A stretch of 63,780 nucleotides of DNA, filler included, from Octopus bimaculoides (GCF_001194135.2; 6 parts of 5 records of this genome joined end to end with filler, not necessarily neighbours in it); one strand, 5' to 3'; positions 1-11,710 are shown, numbered from the whole stretch's first letter. Notes: generated by a model not told the origin, from the sequence alone. Program-made: numbers and translations.

Positions 1-109
1 AATTAATATTTCAACCCTCACCCCCAGTGGCGGCTTGTAGATAAAATTAATGGTGGAGGTGCTGCTTCAGAAATTTTTTAGCCATTGTTTTAATATTCCT
101 TCTAACAAA

Positions 110-333
110 GGCGGCGAGCTGGCAGAGTGGTTAGCACGTCGGGCGAAATGCTGAGCGGTATTTCGTCTGTCTTTACGTTCTGAGTTCAAATTCCGCCGAG
201 GTTGACTTTACCTTTCATCCTTTCGGGGTCGATAAATTAAGTACCATTTCCATACTAGGGTCGATCTAAGCGACTGGTCCCCTCGCCCCCCCCCACAAAA
301 AAAAATTGGGGACTTGTGCCTAGAGTAGAAAAG
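110..333 (+). mobile_element. tRNA-derived SINE, family A, full length
   Basis: GGCGGCGAGCTGGCAGAGTGGTTAGC A-box-like head, GAGTTCAAATTCC B-box, body CCTTTCATCCTTTCGGGGTCGATAAATTAAGTACC; more than 10 related copies in the window. Confidence 0.85.
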
Positions 334-479
334 ATTTTTTTTCATACACTAGGAGATGGCTTTTGGCATTAAGCTTAAGGATTATTTAATGTACAAGTAT
401 AAAGAAAGAAATAAAGAGAAAAAAAAGACTCATTATATTGAATGTTATCGATAATATCGGGTGGAAATGGGGGTGGTGC

Positions 480-703
480 AGTTCTGCAGAGCCTATACAC
501 GAGCCGCTAACTGCTCACCCCCACCTGGATGAGACGTTAGTCCATCACAGGGTTAACTTCCCAGGCATTGCTGGGACTCATTTACAGCTGAATGGACTGG
601 AGCAACATGCTCAAGAACACAATGCACCGCCCGGTCTGGGAATCGAAACTACGATCTTGTGATCGTGAGTGCAACATGCTCACCACCAGTCCATACGCTT
701 TCA
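480..703 (-). mobile_element. tRNA-derived SINE with V-domain-like 3' part
   Basis: Minus strand: tRNA-like head with GTTTCGATTCCC B-box, then GCTCCAGTCCATTCAGCTGTAAATGAGT and AACCCTGTGATGGACTAACGTCTCATCCAGG (resembles the V-SINE domain, from memory). Confidence 0.6.
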
Positions 704-1057
704 CAAGAATGACAGGTCATATCTGAAAATAAGATTTCCTGATATCCCCTATCTTATCTTGACTGCACTTCAATAAACTATTTTTACATCAAGACGGCCG
801 ACATTATTTTTAGACGCAGATCTAAATAAGATTAGAGAAACACGCAAGCGAACCAGCAGCCTCCCAAAGAGTCTGGTTTGTTATCTACGTAGGCAGCCAT
901 TGGGTCCACCATATGTCTCGAGGGGCTACACATCTGGAAAGTTCCTTTGTAAAGGCGTAGGTTCGAGCAAGAATTGCTTGCGGAAAACCAGCATTTACCC
1001 TTGTATGTATGTGTTCCCTCTACAGGAGGTCGATGTTATCGAAAGGACAAAGCAAAA

Positions 1058-1335
1058 TGGTACTCCGTCGGTTACGACGATGGGTGTTCCAATTGATCAG
1101 GTCAACGGAACAGCATGCGCGTGAAATTAACTGACAAGTGACTGAGTACTACACGGACATGCATGCGCTTAATGTAATACTCAGGGAGATTCAGCGTGGC
1201 ACAGAATGTGACGCCCTTTGAAATACAGGTACTACTCGTTTTTGCCAGCTTAGTGGACTGAAGCAACGTGAAATAAAGTGTCTTGCTCAAGGACACAACA
1301 CGTCGCCGGGAATCGAACTCACGGCCTGTCTCGAG
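1058..1335 (-). mobile_element. tRNA-derived SINE with Nin-like 3' domain
   Basis: Minus strand: GAGTTCGATTCCC B-box, GTGTCCTTGAGCAAGACACTT, tail GCTGTTCCGTTGACC...CGTCGTAACCGACGGAGTACC; related fragments at 9635-9745 and 13303-13370. Confidence 0.65.
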
Positions 1336-1387
1336 AACAGATTCCACAAGGTTCCTCAGCGGAATTTGAGATAATTAACATATTCTT

Positions 1388-1530
1388 TTCTACTCTAGGC
1401 ACAAGGCCCGAAATGTTTAGTGAGTGTGGGGGTGGGGTGCAGTCGATTAGATCGACTTCAGTACGCAACTGGTACTTAATTTATCGATCGTGAAATGATG
1501 GAAGGCAAAGTCGACCTCAGCGGAATTTGA
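1388..1530 (-). mobile_element. SINE family A, 3' portion
   Basis: Reverse complement matches the body and tail of 110-333. Confidence 0.8.
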
Positions 1531-1667
1531 GATAACTAACATATTAAAGCCAAACTGAAGGAACCTTGATACAATCGTTCAACCGAGAAAATATGTCAAA
1601 TCTTCCCCATTCTGTCGTTTTTAGTAAGGGTACATGGTGGCTAAGAATAGTTTCACGTTTCTGACGT

Positions 1668-1860
1668 AAGGCCACCAATTTTGTGGGAAGAGGTTAAGTC
1701 ACGATTACATCGATCCCAGTACGCAACTGGTATCTTTCATCCCGAAAAGATGAAAGGCAGAGTCGACCCCTGCGGCGTTTGAACTCAGAACATAATGGCA
1801 GACGAAATACCGCTAAGCATTTTGTCCGGCGCGGTAACCATTCTGCCAGTTCGCCGCCTT
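1668..1860 (-). mobile_element. SINE family A, near full length
   Basis: Reverse complement AAGGCGGCGAACTGGCAGAATGG...GAGTTCAAACGCC matches 110-333. Confidence 0.85.
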
Positions 1861-2436
1861 CATGTCTACTAAATATTATGATAGAGATGTATTATGCCTG
1901 AGAAAGCAGGCGGTGATCAGGGCTGGGATGCTTTTGCTCATAAGTTCGACCTATGGTTAAATATCATACTCTATTGTCTTAAAAGGCCGTGTTGAACAAT
2001 GCAGTCTTAGATACATCATGTTCGAAAATAGTAAGAGATGGTCAGGTTTGGGAAAACTTTACTTATAGATCTGCTCGTTCAAGGTTCATCCTGTGCCTAA
2101 ACACTATACAGCGTTGGCCTACAACTGAACACCAGCAACAATAACAATCACATATACACAACCCATCCCAGCCAAGCGATGTCTCTAGGCCTCGTGCAGT
2201 TTCTCAGCTTTCATTAAATCAGCAGTTTCCGGCAAGATGGCGCACATCCACCGCTTCACACATGAATTGAGGCGGGAAAAAGTCACAGAGGAAAAGAAAA
2301 ACATTTTCACCAAATGTTAATTTTTCCTTTTCCCTTTTTAATTAATGATTTCATTTAAAATATAGAATGAACCAATTCTTTTTCACATCCATGTAATGTC
2401 ATTCAACAAACGTTCTTTTAGTAGGAGTTCAATACT

Positions 2437-2790
2437 GGGCACAGGTGTGGCTGTGTGGTAAGACGTTTGCTTCTCAGCAGCATGGTTCCAGGATTCAGTT
2501 CCACTGTGTGGTACTTTGGACAAATGTCTTCTACTATAGCTTCGGACTGACCAAAGCATTGTGAGTGGATTTGATAGACAAAAACTGAAAGAAGCCCATT
2601 GTATATATATATCTGTGTGTGTGTCTTTCTGTCTGAGTTTGTAACCGCCGCTGCTTGACAACCAGTGTTGGTTTATTTACGCCCAAGTAGAATAAGTACT
2701 AGGTTTAAAGAAAAATAAATCCTAGAGTTGATTCGTTCGACTAAAATTCTCCAAGGCGGTGTACCAGCATGGCCGCAGACTCATGACAAA
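2437..2790 (+). mobile_element. tRNA-derived SINE, family B (internal TA/TG microsatellite)
   Basis: GGCTGTGTGGTAAG head, GTGAGTGGATTTG..GAC..AAACTGAAAGAAGCCC body, GGCGGTGTACCAGCATGGCCGCAG tail; about 12 related copies in the window. Confidence 0.85.
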
Positions 2791-2818
2791 GATACTCCAG
2801 ACAAACTAATAAGCAGTC

Positions 2819-2819
<1 letters not shown>

Positions 2820-2890
<71 letters not shown>
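2820..2890. repeat. (TTA)n microsatellite
   Basis: Pure trinucleotide run. Confidence 0.95.
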
Positions 2891-2891
<1 letters not shown>

Positions 2892-3554
2892 GTATAAATA
2901 TAAACTGTGTCGATGTATACAATCCACCGTATCGTCCGCTAATTAGTGAATTAATATTATATTTAATTACCTTAATTATTCATGGTATTCAAATGAAATC
3001 TGACACTTTTTCCTGCGACTCCACCCCCACCCCCGCCCGACTTCCAAGCTAAATCTGTGATTTTTCTTTTTCCCTCCGTGACCTTGTTTCCCCCGTTTAC
3101 CTCATACATAACTTATTTCTCAACATCCTTAGTAAATTTCTGCTCACTCAGAACCGGAAGCTCACATTTATGTCAGCTGCCCGGCCACCGTGCAGCACGC
3201 TTTGTGAAACCTGTCAGCGTTTTGTGTGCAAGCAGAGATCTTGTCATCAAAAAGTTACATGACATTTACGTCAGCCTACCTAGGTATACGTGTGTGTGTG
3301 TGTGTGTGTGTGTGCACGCATGTAAACCCATACTATAGCCGTCACTCGTGAGCGAGTGACGGTTTGGTAATGTATCATGATTTCGCTAATCGTTTCAGGT
3401 GCTCATGTAGTTACGTGCTGACATGGATACACACACACACACACACACTCTCTCTCTCTCTCTCTCTCCCTCTTTCTCTCACTCTCCCTCCTACCCTTGA
3501 TCCAGCGGAACATCCAACATTTCACAGCTTGAGGGAAAGAGGCCCACACCACCA

Positions 3555-3695
3555 TCCGAATGGTACTCATTTTCATCGGAGTAGAGAAGAGCAGATGTGA
3601 AATGTAGAAATCTTGCTCAAGATCACAACGGACTGCCCGGCCCAGGAATTCAACCTGCGGTCGTGAGTCCGACATCCTAACTACTATGGTGCCCG
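3555..3695 (-). mobile_element. Degenerate tRNA-headed SINE
   Basis: Minus strand: TAGTAGTTAGGATGTCGGACTC...GTTGAATTCC then GTTGTGATCTTGAGCAAGA, similar to 480-703 and 1058-1335. Confidence 0.55.
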
Positions 3696-4486
3696 GTTTA
3701 ATATCACCATTACCTAACATCTTGGATGTCCTTGATTGAGTCCACTCTGTTGCAAGCACACATATTATAAACAAGGAAAATTTTAGCCTTTTCTCCGCAG
3801 ACTGAAAAAAATGATGAACAATCTTAAGCGATTTTCGAACCTTATTGGGTTCTCATCAGAGGCGTCTACACCATTCTGACAGTCTCCAGAAAAACAAACA
3901 AATATATATATATATATATATATATGATGTGTCTTACTGTCAATAAATAGATTCTATAGGTTCCAAAGCAATGATTTACCTGGAGGCCTGAGAGGGTTGG
4001 AGACCCAGATCTCATCTATTTAAGTTGTGGCTTCTTGTCAATAATAACAATAAAATACTATAGAGTTCGCTGCACTGATTTGCTCGGGGGCTTATAATGT
4101 TGATGAGAAGGCCTTGATTATCGCTACTGTGCAATAACGCTACGACGACGACCACCACAACCACCACCACCACTACTACCAGCATAATATAATCTGGCTG
4201 CTAACTGAATTCAATCAATCAGGAAGCGCAAGTTCAAGGACAAGGGATTAACGATAATCCAATCTATAACAACCAACTAACCAGCCAGCCAGCCAACACA
4301 CACTGACAGAAACACAAACACACACACAGACATACACGCATGCACTCCGATGCTGACCTTCACATTGACTTCACTCTCACTTAACCCAGTTAATTACCCA
4401 CGTTTTACTAATTAACAATCCGGATTATATGACGGGTGCGAACACGTGTGCAGTGGGTATATATATATATACACACTTTATACTTT

Positions 4487-4876
4487 CACTTGTTTCAGTC
4501 ATTTTTGACTGCGGCCATGCTGGAGCACCGCCTTTAGTCGAACAAATCGACCCCTGGACTTATTTTTTGTAAGACTGGTATTTATTCTAATCGGTCCCTT
4601 TTGCCGAACCGCTATGTTACGGGGACGTAAACACACCAACATCGGTGTCAAGCGATGGTGGGAGTGGGGTGGGGGAGACAAGCACAGACACACAAACACA
4701 GACATATATATATATATATANNNNNNNNNNNNNNNNNNNNNNNNNNCGACAGGCTTCTTTCAGTTTCTGTCTACCAAATCCACTCACAAGGTTTTCGTTA
4801 GCTCAAGGCTATAGTAAAAGCCACTTGCCCAAGGTGCCATGTAATGAGACTGAACCCGGAACCATGTGGTTGGGAA
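4487..4876 (-). mobile_element. SINE family B
   Basis: Reverse complement matches 2437-2790 including the GGCGGTGCTCCAGCATGGCCGCAGTCAA..TGACTGAAAC tail; short N gap inside the microsatellite. Confidence 0.85.
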
Positions 4877-4908
4877 AGTCAAATAAAGTGATTAGGAAAA
4901 ATAATATA

Positions 4909-5588
4909 CAGTAATACCGCGCCATATTGCGGTTCGTCTATCGCGCACTCTGTACAACGCAGATTTTTTCTGGCTAAAACATATAAATCTAAGGCGGTGA
5001 ACTGGCAGAGACGTTAGCACGGTGGGTGAAATGCTTCGCGGTATTTCGTCTGTCTTTACATTCTGAGTAAATTCCACCGAGGTCGACTTTGCCTTTCATC
5101 ATTTCGGGGTCAATAAATTAAGTACCAGTTGCGTACTGGGGATCGATCTAATCGACTGCCCCCCCCCCTTCCCCAAAATTGCGAGCCTTTTGCTTAGAGT
5201 AGAAAAGAATATATGTAAATTTATATCGCGGATTCCTCAGTATATCGCGGGTTTCTGCGGCCGATAAGCATTTATGATTTCTTTGGAATTCAATTATTTC
5301 TGTGGTAAAATAAGCATTTCCACGCCTAAAAAATAATGAATGACGCATTAATTAAAATCTATCAAAACAAAAAACGTAGTGTACCGTAGATGAGTAAACA
5401 AAGAATTGCATGTACTGTACGGAAAACGAAACTCGGGAGACGAGTGTGTGGTGTTGTTTTGCACTTAGAATAAAATAAATATATACAAATTATATATAGT
5501 ACTGTACAGTACTGTTTCTACTTCGCGGATTTTCACCTATCGCGGGAAGTTTCGGAACGTAACACCCGCGATAGTCGAAGGATTACTG
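4909..5588. mobile_element. Non-autonomous pogo/Tigger-like DNA transposon (MITE) with a nested SINE
   Basis: TA|CAGTAATACCGCGCCATATTGCGG at left and CCGCGATAGTCGAAGGATTACTG|TA at right (imperfect TIRs, TA target duplication); no transposase ORF. Confidence 0.65.
4991..5208 (+). mobile_element. SINE family A, nested in the MITE
   Basis: Full match to 110-333. Confidence 0.85.
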
Positions 5589-6089
5589 TATTTGGTGTTG
5601 GCTAACGTTAATATGTAATTGGGCAAACGAAGGAAAATAACTGAAGGTGCTTCTGCCCCTTTAGCCGTCGTCAGCGGAACTGTAATCGCCCCATCCCCCA
5701 CTCCTCCCTCGCTGTCCCCTTCTTCAGTGATTAACTTATAATATTTTGGAATGTTTGGAAAACTGATTAAGTGGCGCCGTGAAATGAGATTAATTGATAA
5801 TTTAATTACAACGGAAGCGGGGTGGGGGGCGCTATTGGCATGTTTTTGCAATATAAAGATGAGTCTTGGATACTGCAAATGGTTCTATCTTTGGCATATG
5901 TGTGTGCTTTGGAAAGAATGAGAGAGAAAGAGAGAGGGAGAGAGGGGGAGAGAGGGAGAGAGAGAGGGAGAGAGAGGAACAGAGCGGAGAGAGAGATAGA
6001 GAGTGTGTGTGTGTGTGCGTATGGTTGTGTGTGTATGTGTGCGTATGGTGCTATGTGTATTCATACATCTTCCATCTTTTATCACTTAC

Positions 6090-6256
6090 TTGTTGCAATC
6101 ATTGGACTGCGGCCATGCTGGGGCACCGCCTTGAAGGCCCCAGTACTTATTTTTTAAAAGGTTGGTACTTATTCTATCGATCCCTTTCGGCAAACTGCTA
6201 AGTTGCGGGGACGCAAATAAAGCCAGCAATGGTGGTGGGAGAAAACCACGCATACT

Positions 6257-6298
<42 letters not shown>

Positions 6299-6502
6299 GC
6301 AGTTAAGTGTATGTCCGGTTATAGAGTGACCAATGCTTAACCCCATGGACGGCTCGTCCATGGGGTTATATGAATTCACAGACTGGGCAATGGTCAGCCC
6401 GGAACTATAGTAGAAGACATTCGCCCACGGAGTCACTGCGCGGGGTGGGGTGGGGCTGAAACCGAAACCACGTGATTTCAAAGCGATCTTAACCGCACAG
6501 CC
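6090..6502 (-). mobile_element. SINE family B
   Basis: Reverse complement matches family B head, body and tail. Confidence 0.8.
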
Positions 6503-6799
6503 ATTTGCACTTATCAATAAAACGCCTAACTAAACAGACAGCGGGAACATGGCTGCAAGTCACACACACACAGAGGGAGAGAAAGAGAAGGAATAAATAA
6601 CAAGATGAAAGTCTAAGGCAGGGGACTCCCACATCCCCCCCCCAGAAAAATGTTTACGAAAATCTTGTTGGGAGATGTATTTTAATATTTCATTTCTCCC
6701 CCCCCCCACTCGTTGGAACCGCCATCGCCGACCTCATGGCCGCCATCCATTCAAGTCAGCCCTTTGTAATTCTATCAGGTTCCACAGAGAATCTAGGTT

Positions 6800-6826
6800 A
6801 GGAATCTCGGAAGAAAGAGAAAGGGA

Positions 6827-6865
<39 letters not shown>

Positions 6866-6961
6866 GGAAGAAAATGATAGTGTGAGTGAAAGAGAGCGAG
6901 AGAGGTTATGTGAGTGTGAAAGAGAGAAAGAGCGATTATATGAGAAAGAGAGAGATTACGT

Positions 6962-6993
<32 letters not shown>

Positions 6994-7065
6994 AAGTGCG
7001 TATGTGAAAGACAGAGAGGGTGGGAGAGAGTGCATGAGAGAGATAGCGCGAGTAAGAAAGAGAGC

Positions 7066-7120
<55 letters not shown>

Positions 7121-7706
7121 NNNNNNNNNNNNNNNNNNNNNNNNNNNNNNNNNNNNNNNNNNNNNNNNNNNNNNNNNNNNNNNNNNNNNNNNNNNNNNNN
7201 NNNNNNNNNNNNNNNNNNNNNNNNNNNNNNNNNNNNNNNNNNNNNNNNNNNNNNNNNNNNNNNNNNNNNNNNNNNNNNNNNNNNNNNNNNNNNNNNNNNN
7301 NNNNNNNNNNNNNNNNNNNNNNNNNNNNNNNNNNNNNNNNNNNNNNNNNNNNNNNNNNNNNNNNNNNNNNNNNNNNNNNNNNNNNNNNNNNNNNNNNNNN
7401 NNNNNNNNNNNNNNNNNNNNNNNNNNNNNNNNNNNNNNNNNNNNNNNNNNNNNNNNNNNNNNNNNNNNNNNNNNNNNNNNNNNNNNNNNNNNNNNNNNNN
7501 NNNNNNNNNNNNNNNNNNNNNNNNNNNNNNNNNNNNNNNNNNNNNNNNNNNNNNNNNNNNNNNNNNNNNNNNNNNNNNNNNNNNNNNNNNNNNNNNNNNN
7601 NNNNNNNNNNNNNNNNNNNNNNNNNNNNNNNNNNNNNNNNNNNNNNNNNNCAGACAGACGGGCGGACAGACAGACGGGCGGACAGACAGACGGGCGGACA
7701 GACAGG

Positions 7707-7758
<52 letters not shown>

Positions 7759-7827
7759 CAGAAAGATAAATAGATAGATAGACAGATAGATAGATAGATA
7801 GACAGATAGACAGAAAGATAGATAGTA

Positions 7828-7874
<47 letters not shown>

Positions 7875-7875
7875 G

Positions 7876-7906
<31 letters not shown>

Positions 7907-7930
7907 GATGGAAAGAGAGAGAGAGAGCGA
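6800..7930. repeat. Compound (GA)n/(GACA)n/(GATA)n microsatellite block with N gap
   Basis: Visible tandem runs flanking N 7121-7650. Confidence 0.9.
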
Positions 7931-8474
7931 GCGTGTCTGCTAAAGGAGGAGACACATGATAAAGCAGTAGTTGGCTGCTACCGTCTGATGATAACCTGAC
8001 AGAGACCGTGGCTGTCGCTGTAGTCGTTGCTGAAACCCAGGTCAGCACTGATCGAGCGGATTCGTTATCAAAGACATTCCAGCGATGATCAACTCATCTC
8101 CCCTCCCCCACCTCTCTCTCTCTTTTTCTATTAAAGGCAGACGCATAACTACAACAGGGTGTGATTTCGAGGAGATCTGGCTGCTATTTCTAACCCGCTG
8201 AGCGACGACATAGAGATTCCTTTGTTGAATTGATATTATTGGGGAGTGTCGGTATGAGAGACAGTTCTCTGCTTCCTGCACGCACTCAGCGGTGGAGGTA
8301 TTTTATGACAGCCAGTAGCTTCTTACATAGACAGCGTGCACGCACACACACACACACACACACACGTTTGAATCTTGAAAAATTCGGTGTCTGGAAGACG
8401 GAACATATTGTATGACGCCAAACTCAAATACATCCCATCTATGTATACATTTATTTATTCTACCGACTATCTTA

Positions 8475-8551
<77 letters not shown>

Positions 8552-8575
8552 TTATATATATATATATATATAAAT

Positions 8576-8613
<38 letters not shown>

Positions 8614-8639
8614 CTATTAGATTATAAAATATATTATAG

Positions 8640-8850
8640 TGAATCCAAACAAAGAAGAACAAACAAGAAAAAACAATAACGCAAGGACGCGGTACAAGTG
8701 TTGTATTATCAGACGCTCAGGAAAGAAGAGCACTCAACGTTTCGAGCCAAGCTCTTCTTCAGAAATAGAGGAAAGTCCAAAGGAAGGGAAGACGGAGGAA
8801 GAGAATCGCTATCGATACACACGCGATTACATTTTGAAATATATATATAA
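8640..8850 (-). mobile_element. Penelope-like terminal (pLTR-type) repeat fragment carrying a hammerhead motif
   Basis: Contains the hammerhead core at 8733-8765; PLE assignment is inferred from the known PLE-hammerhead association. Confidence 0.5.
8733..8765 (-). ncRNA. Minimal type I hammerhead ribozyme motif (second family)
   Basis: Minus strand TTT-CTGAAGA-A-GAGC-TTG-GCTC-GAAA-CGTT-GAG: core intact, 4-bp stem II, palindromic stem III, weak stem I. Confidence 0.6.
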
Positions 8851-9634
8851 ATAAACGGATACAGATACGCCAAAGACACTGCAGCAGAGGCGTTATTCCT
8901 TGCTCTATTTTCTTCTTGTGTTTCATGCTATTTTCTTTCAGTTATTAATTTCTTTTTACCTTTACTCATTCTAATTCATTACTCTTCCTGACTAATATTA
9001 GTGCATTAATTACTTTTTAATCTCTCTCTCTCTCACACACACACATACACACTCACACACATATGGTGGTACAAGCGTATACACGTATGTTTATACATAT
9101 GCATGCTCATATATTTGTGTGTTTTCATATATTTATCATTTCAGTATCAGTTTATTTATCTATCCATCTACAAATCAATCTCTATTATTAATTCATTCAA
9201 CTACCTCTCTCTCTCTCTCTCCTCAGTAACCATGTCTGTCATTTTCTTTCTTTCCGTCTGTCTGTCCTCTTCCCCCACCTCTCTCGTACGCGCGCTACAG
9301 ACTGTAGAAGCAAAAACACCATCCGCCAACACTCACAAGCAAACAATTATTAACAATGAAAAAAACCATTGCCAAAGTCTAACTCACCTGTCCAGCAGTA
9401 TCACAAAGCTGTAGACTGACCGGTTTGTTATTGACCGACACAACCACTGCAAATAAAGAAATGAAGACAAACATAGTTACTTCTCTTGTATTTACTCTTT
9501 TATGTAATGAACATTTACCAACACAATTATAGCAGGGACCACAAATTGTAAAAACGTAAGTTAAGGGTTTTTTCTATTTTCTTTTACATTGAGGTGATTT
9601 GTGTTCTTATGTTTGTATACACGGCAAAAATAAA

Positions 9635-9745
9635 TGGTTCTCCGTCGGTTTCGACAAAGAATATTCAATTGTTCGACCAACCTGTTCATTGAATTAGCAT
9701 ATTCATGGATATGTGTAACGTAATTCTCGGGTACTTGGGGCAAAT
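9635..9745 (-). mobile_element. Degenerate Nin-like SINE tail fragment
   Basis: Reverse complement CCCGAGAATTACGTT...GTCGAAACCGACGGAGAACC resembles the 1058-1200 tail. Confidence 0.45.
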
Positions 9746-9809
9746 AGAATACATTCGGAGTTGAGGCTCCGTTACCCAGGTTTAATTACAAGGTTTGATT
9801 TGATTGGTT

Positions 9810-10000
9810 AACGCCTTCGTTCCCTTTGGGGCACAGGTCATCGATGACTTTTCTCCACTGATTTCAACCCTGGGTTATCTTTTCCTCTTCTCTCGTTTTG
9901 GATCCCTACATTTTCAACTTTGCCTCAGTATCCTACTTCCAGCAATTTTAAGGGCATCTTCTCCGCCTCCCTCGTCGGGGACCGATGCATAATGGAAGAT
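9810..10000 (-). mobile_element. RTE-type LINE extreme 3' fragment
   Basis: Minus-strand translation LKM*GSKTREEEKITQG*NQWRKVIDDLCPKGNEGV matches the RTE ORF C-terminal W-x-x-x-x-D-x-LCP pattern; internal stops. Confidence 0.55.
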
Positions 10001-10064
10001 ATTAGTTTCTTTCAAATGTGGGTTTATTCATCAGCACTTGTCTTCACGATTTTGCTGCACCGCA

Positions 10065-10217
10065 TCATATGATTCCTCGAAGCTCAATATATAACGGCTG
10101 TGATGCATGTGCCTGGTGTACCCTTATCAGACGGGTAGTCATGGTGGGTATATCGGGCATCGTATATCTGTACTCCTGCGTCACTTTGATAGCTTGCGCT
10201 GCTCTCTCACTCACACG

Positions 10218-10280
<63 letters not shown>
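10065..10280 (+). mobile_element. Probable non-LTR retroelement 3' end with (ATA)n tail
   Basis: GC-richer 150-bp segment running directly into (ATA)n; family recognised only from memory. Confidence 0.4.
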
Positions 10281-10832
10281 GGGATGATCACGCCTGGAAT
10301 GGTTATAAATGATCGAGGGGATGCCCAAACAATACCAACAAATATTTACCGTCTTCCACCTTTAATCTGATTTTCCGTGAGATTAGAGGAAGACGTTTTG
10401 TAATGTTTCAGGGTTTATTTCAGACAAAACTGCTGCGCAGAAGAAAAATAACAAAGGAAAAATGAAATAGAAAAAAGATTATAGAAAAGGAAAGAAAAGA
10501 CAAAAAACAAAAAGAGAAGTGAAAACCAAAGAAAAATTTACATATCAAATCTAATTTCGTCTGTAATCTAATTAAACGAATTAACAAGCGAACATGAAAG
10601 AGAAGTGAAACAATTTCAAAGTAATGAAATAAAATAAATGGAATAACGCTTAATGGGGAGAGAAAAGAAAAAAAGCCATTTACACATTCTGAATAATAAA
10701 AAGAAAAGAAGCTGATAAAGAATAAAAACGAAACAATGACACAATAATTCTATTATATAACCGATAATGGATAAATAATGAAATAGTTTTGCTGTGTAAT
10801 TCAATAGATTTATTTCAGCTAAATATGTTCAA

Positions 10833-11045
10833 AGGCGGCGAACTAGCAGAATCGTTAGCACGCCGGACGACATTTTCTGAGCAGTATTTCGTCCGTCTTT
10901 ACGTTCTGAGTTCAAATTTCACCGACTTTGCCTTTCATCCTTTGGATGTCAATAAAATAAGTACCAGTCAAGCACTGGGGTCAACATAATCGATTTACAC
11001 CCTGGCCCGAAATTACTGGCCTTGTGCCAGAATTTGAAATGATTA
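10833..11045 (+). mobile_element. SINE family A
   Basis: Match to 110-333. Confidence 0.85.
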
Positions 11046-11051
11046 TCAAAA

Positions 11052-11268
11052 TGGTGAGGTGGCTAGAATCGTTGAGAGGTCGGGCAAAATGCTTAGCGGT
11101 ATTTCGTCCTTCTTTGCGCTCTGAATTCAAATGGCATTGGTCTCTAGTTTGACTTTCATCTTTAATAGGTCGATGGAACACAGTGTCAGTAAAGGGTCGA
11201 TGAAATAGACTCACACCATCCCTTCAAAATGACCCGTCTTGTGCCACACATTAGAAAGAATTATTATT
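11052..11268 (+). mobile_element. SINE family A, older copy, head-to-tail with the previous one
   Basis: Degenerate match (GGCTAGAATCGTT...ATGCTTAGCGGTATTTCGTC...TTTCATCTTT..GGTCGAT). Confidence 0.7.
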
Positions 11269-11594
11269 AATGCTAGGCTAAGGTTCCCACCACCACCATG
11301 TGTTTTGTTTGTTTACTGATTCCTTTTCCTGTCACGCTATAGGAATGAAGTAAGAGAAAGAAGTGGCTGCGCTGAGAAGGTTGAAAAAAGAAAGAATTAT
11401 TGTAATTCAAATTTAAATTACATTACACAATTTTAATTCAGTTTTCATCACAGCTGTCCGACGAACGGGAACTTGAAACTCTGAGTAACAGTTTTTGTGA
11501 TAATTTTGCAGCTTTGATAAAAGCATATTGCTCTACTTTTGGTACTCGGGTAGCATTTTATCCACCTTGTTTTACGCACTCATGTAATCACCTG

Positions 11595-11659
<65 letters not shown>

Positions 11660-11670
11660 GTCTGTCTGTG

Positions 11671-11710
<40 letters not shown>

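Noticed and set aside
110-200. tRNA-like sequences with A/B boxes (also 61660-61747, 33161-33190)
   Set aside because: No complete cloverleaf; each continues into a SINE body, so they are SINE heads and not tRNA genes.
2225-2320. TTCCGGCAAGATGGCG (ETS/YY1-like) with a 27-codon ORF; similar AA(G/C)ATGGC(G/T) at 6546, 34279, 58408, 58918
   Set aside because: Short motifs expected by chance in 64 kb; no downstream gene structure.
7971-8046. Possible exon ending CAG|GTCAGC
   Set aside because: No polypyrimidine acceptor, upstream in-frame stops, peptide not recognisable.
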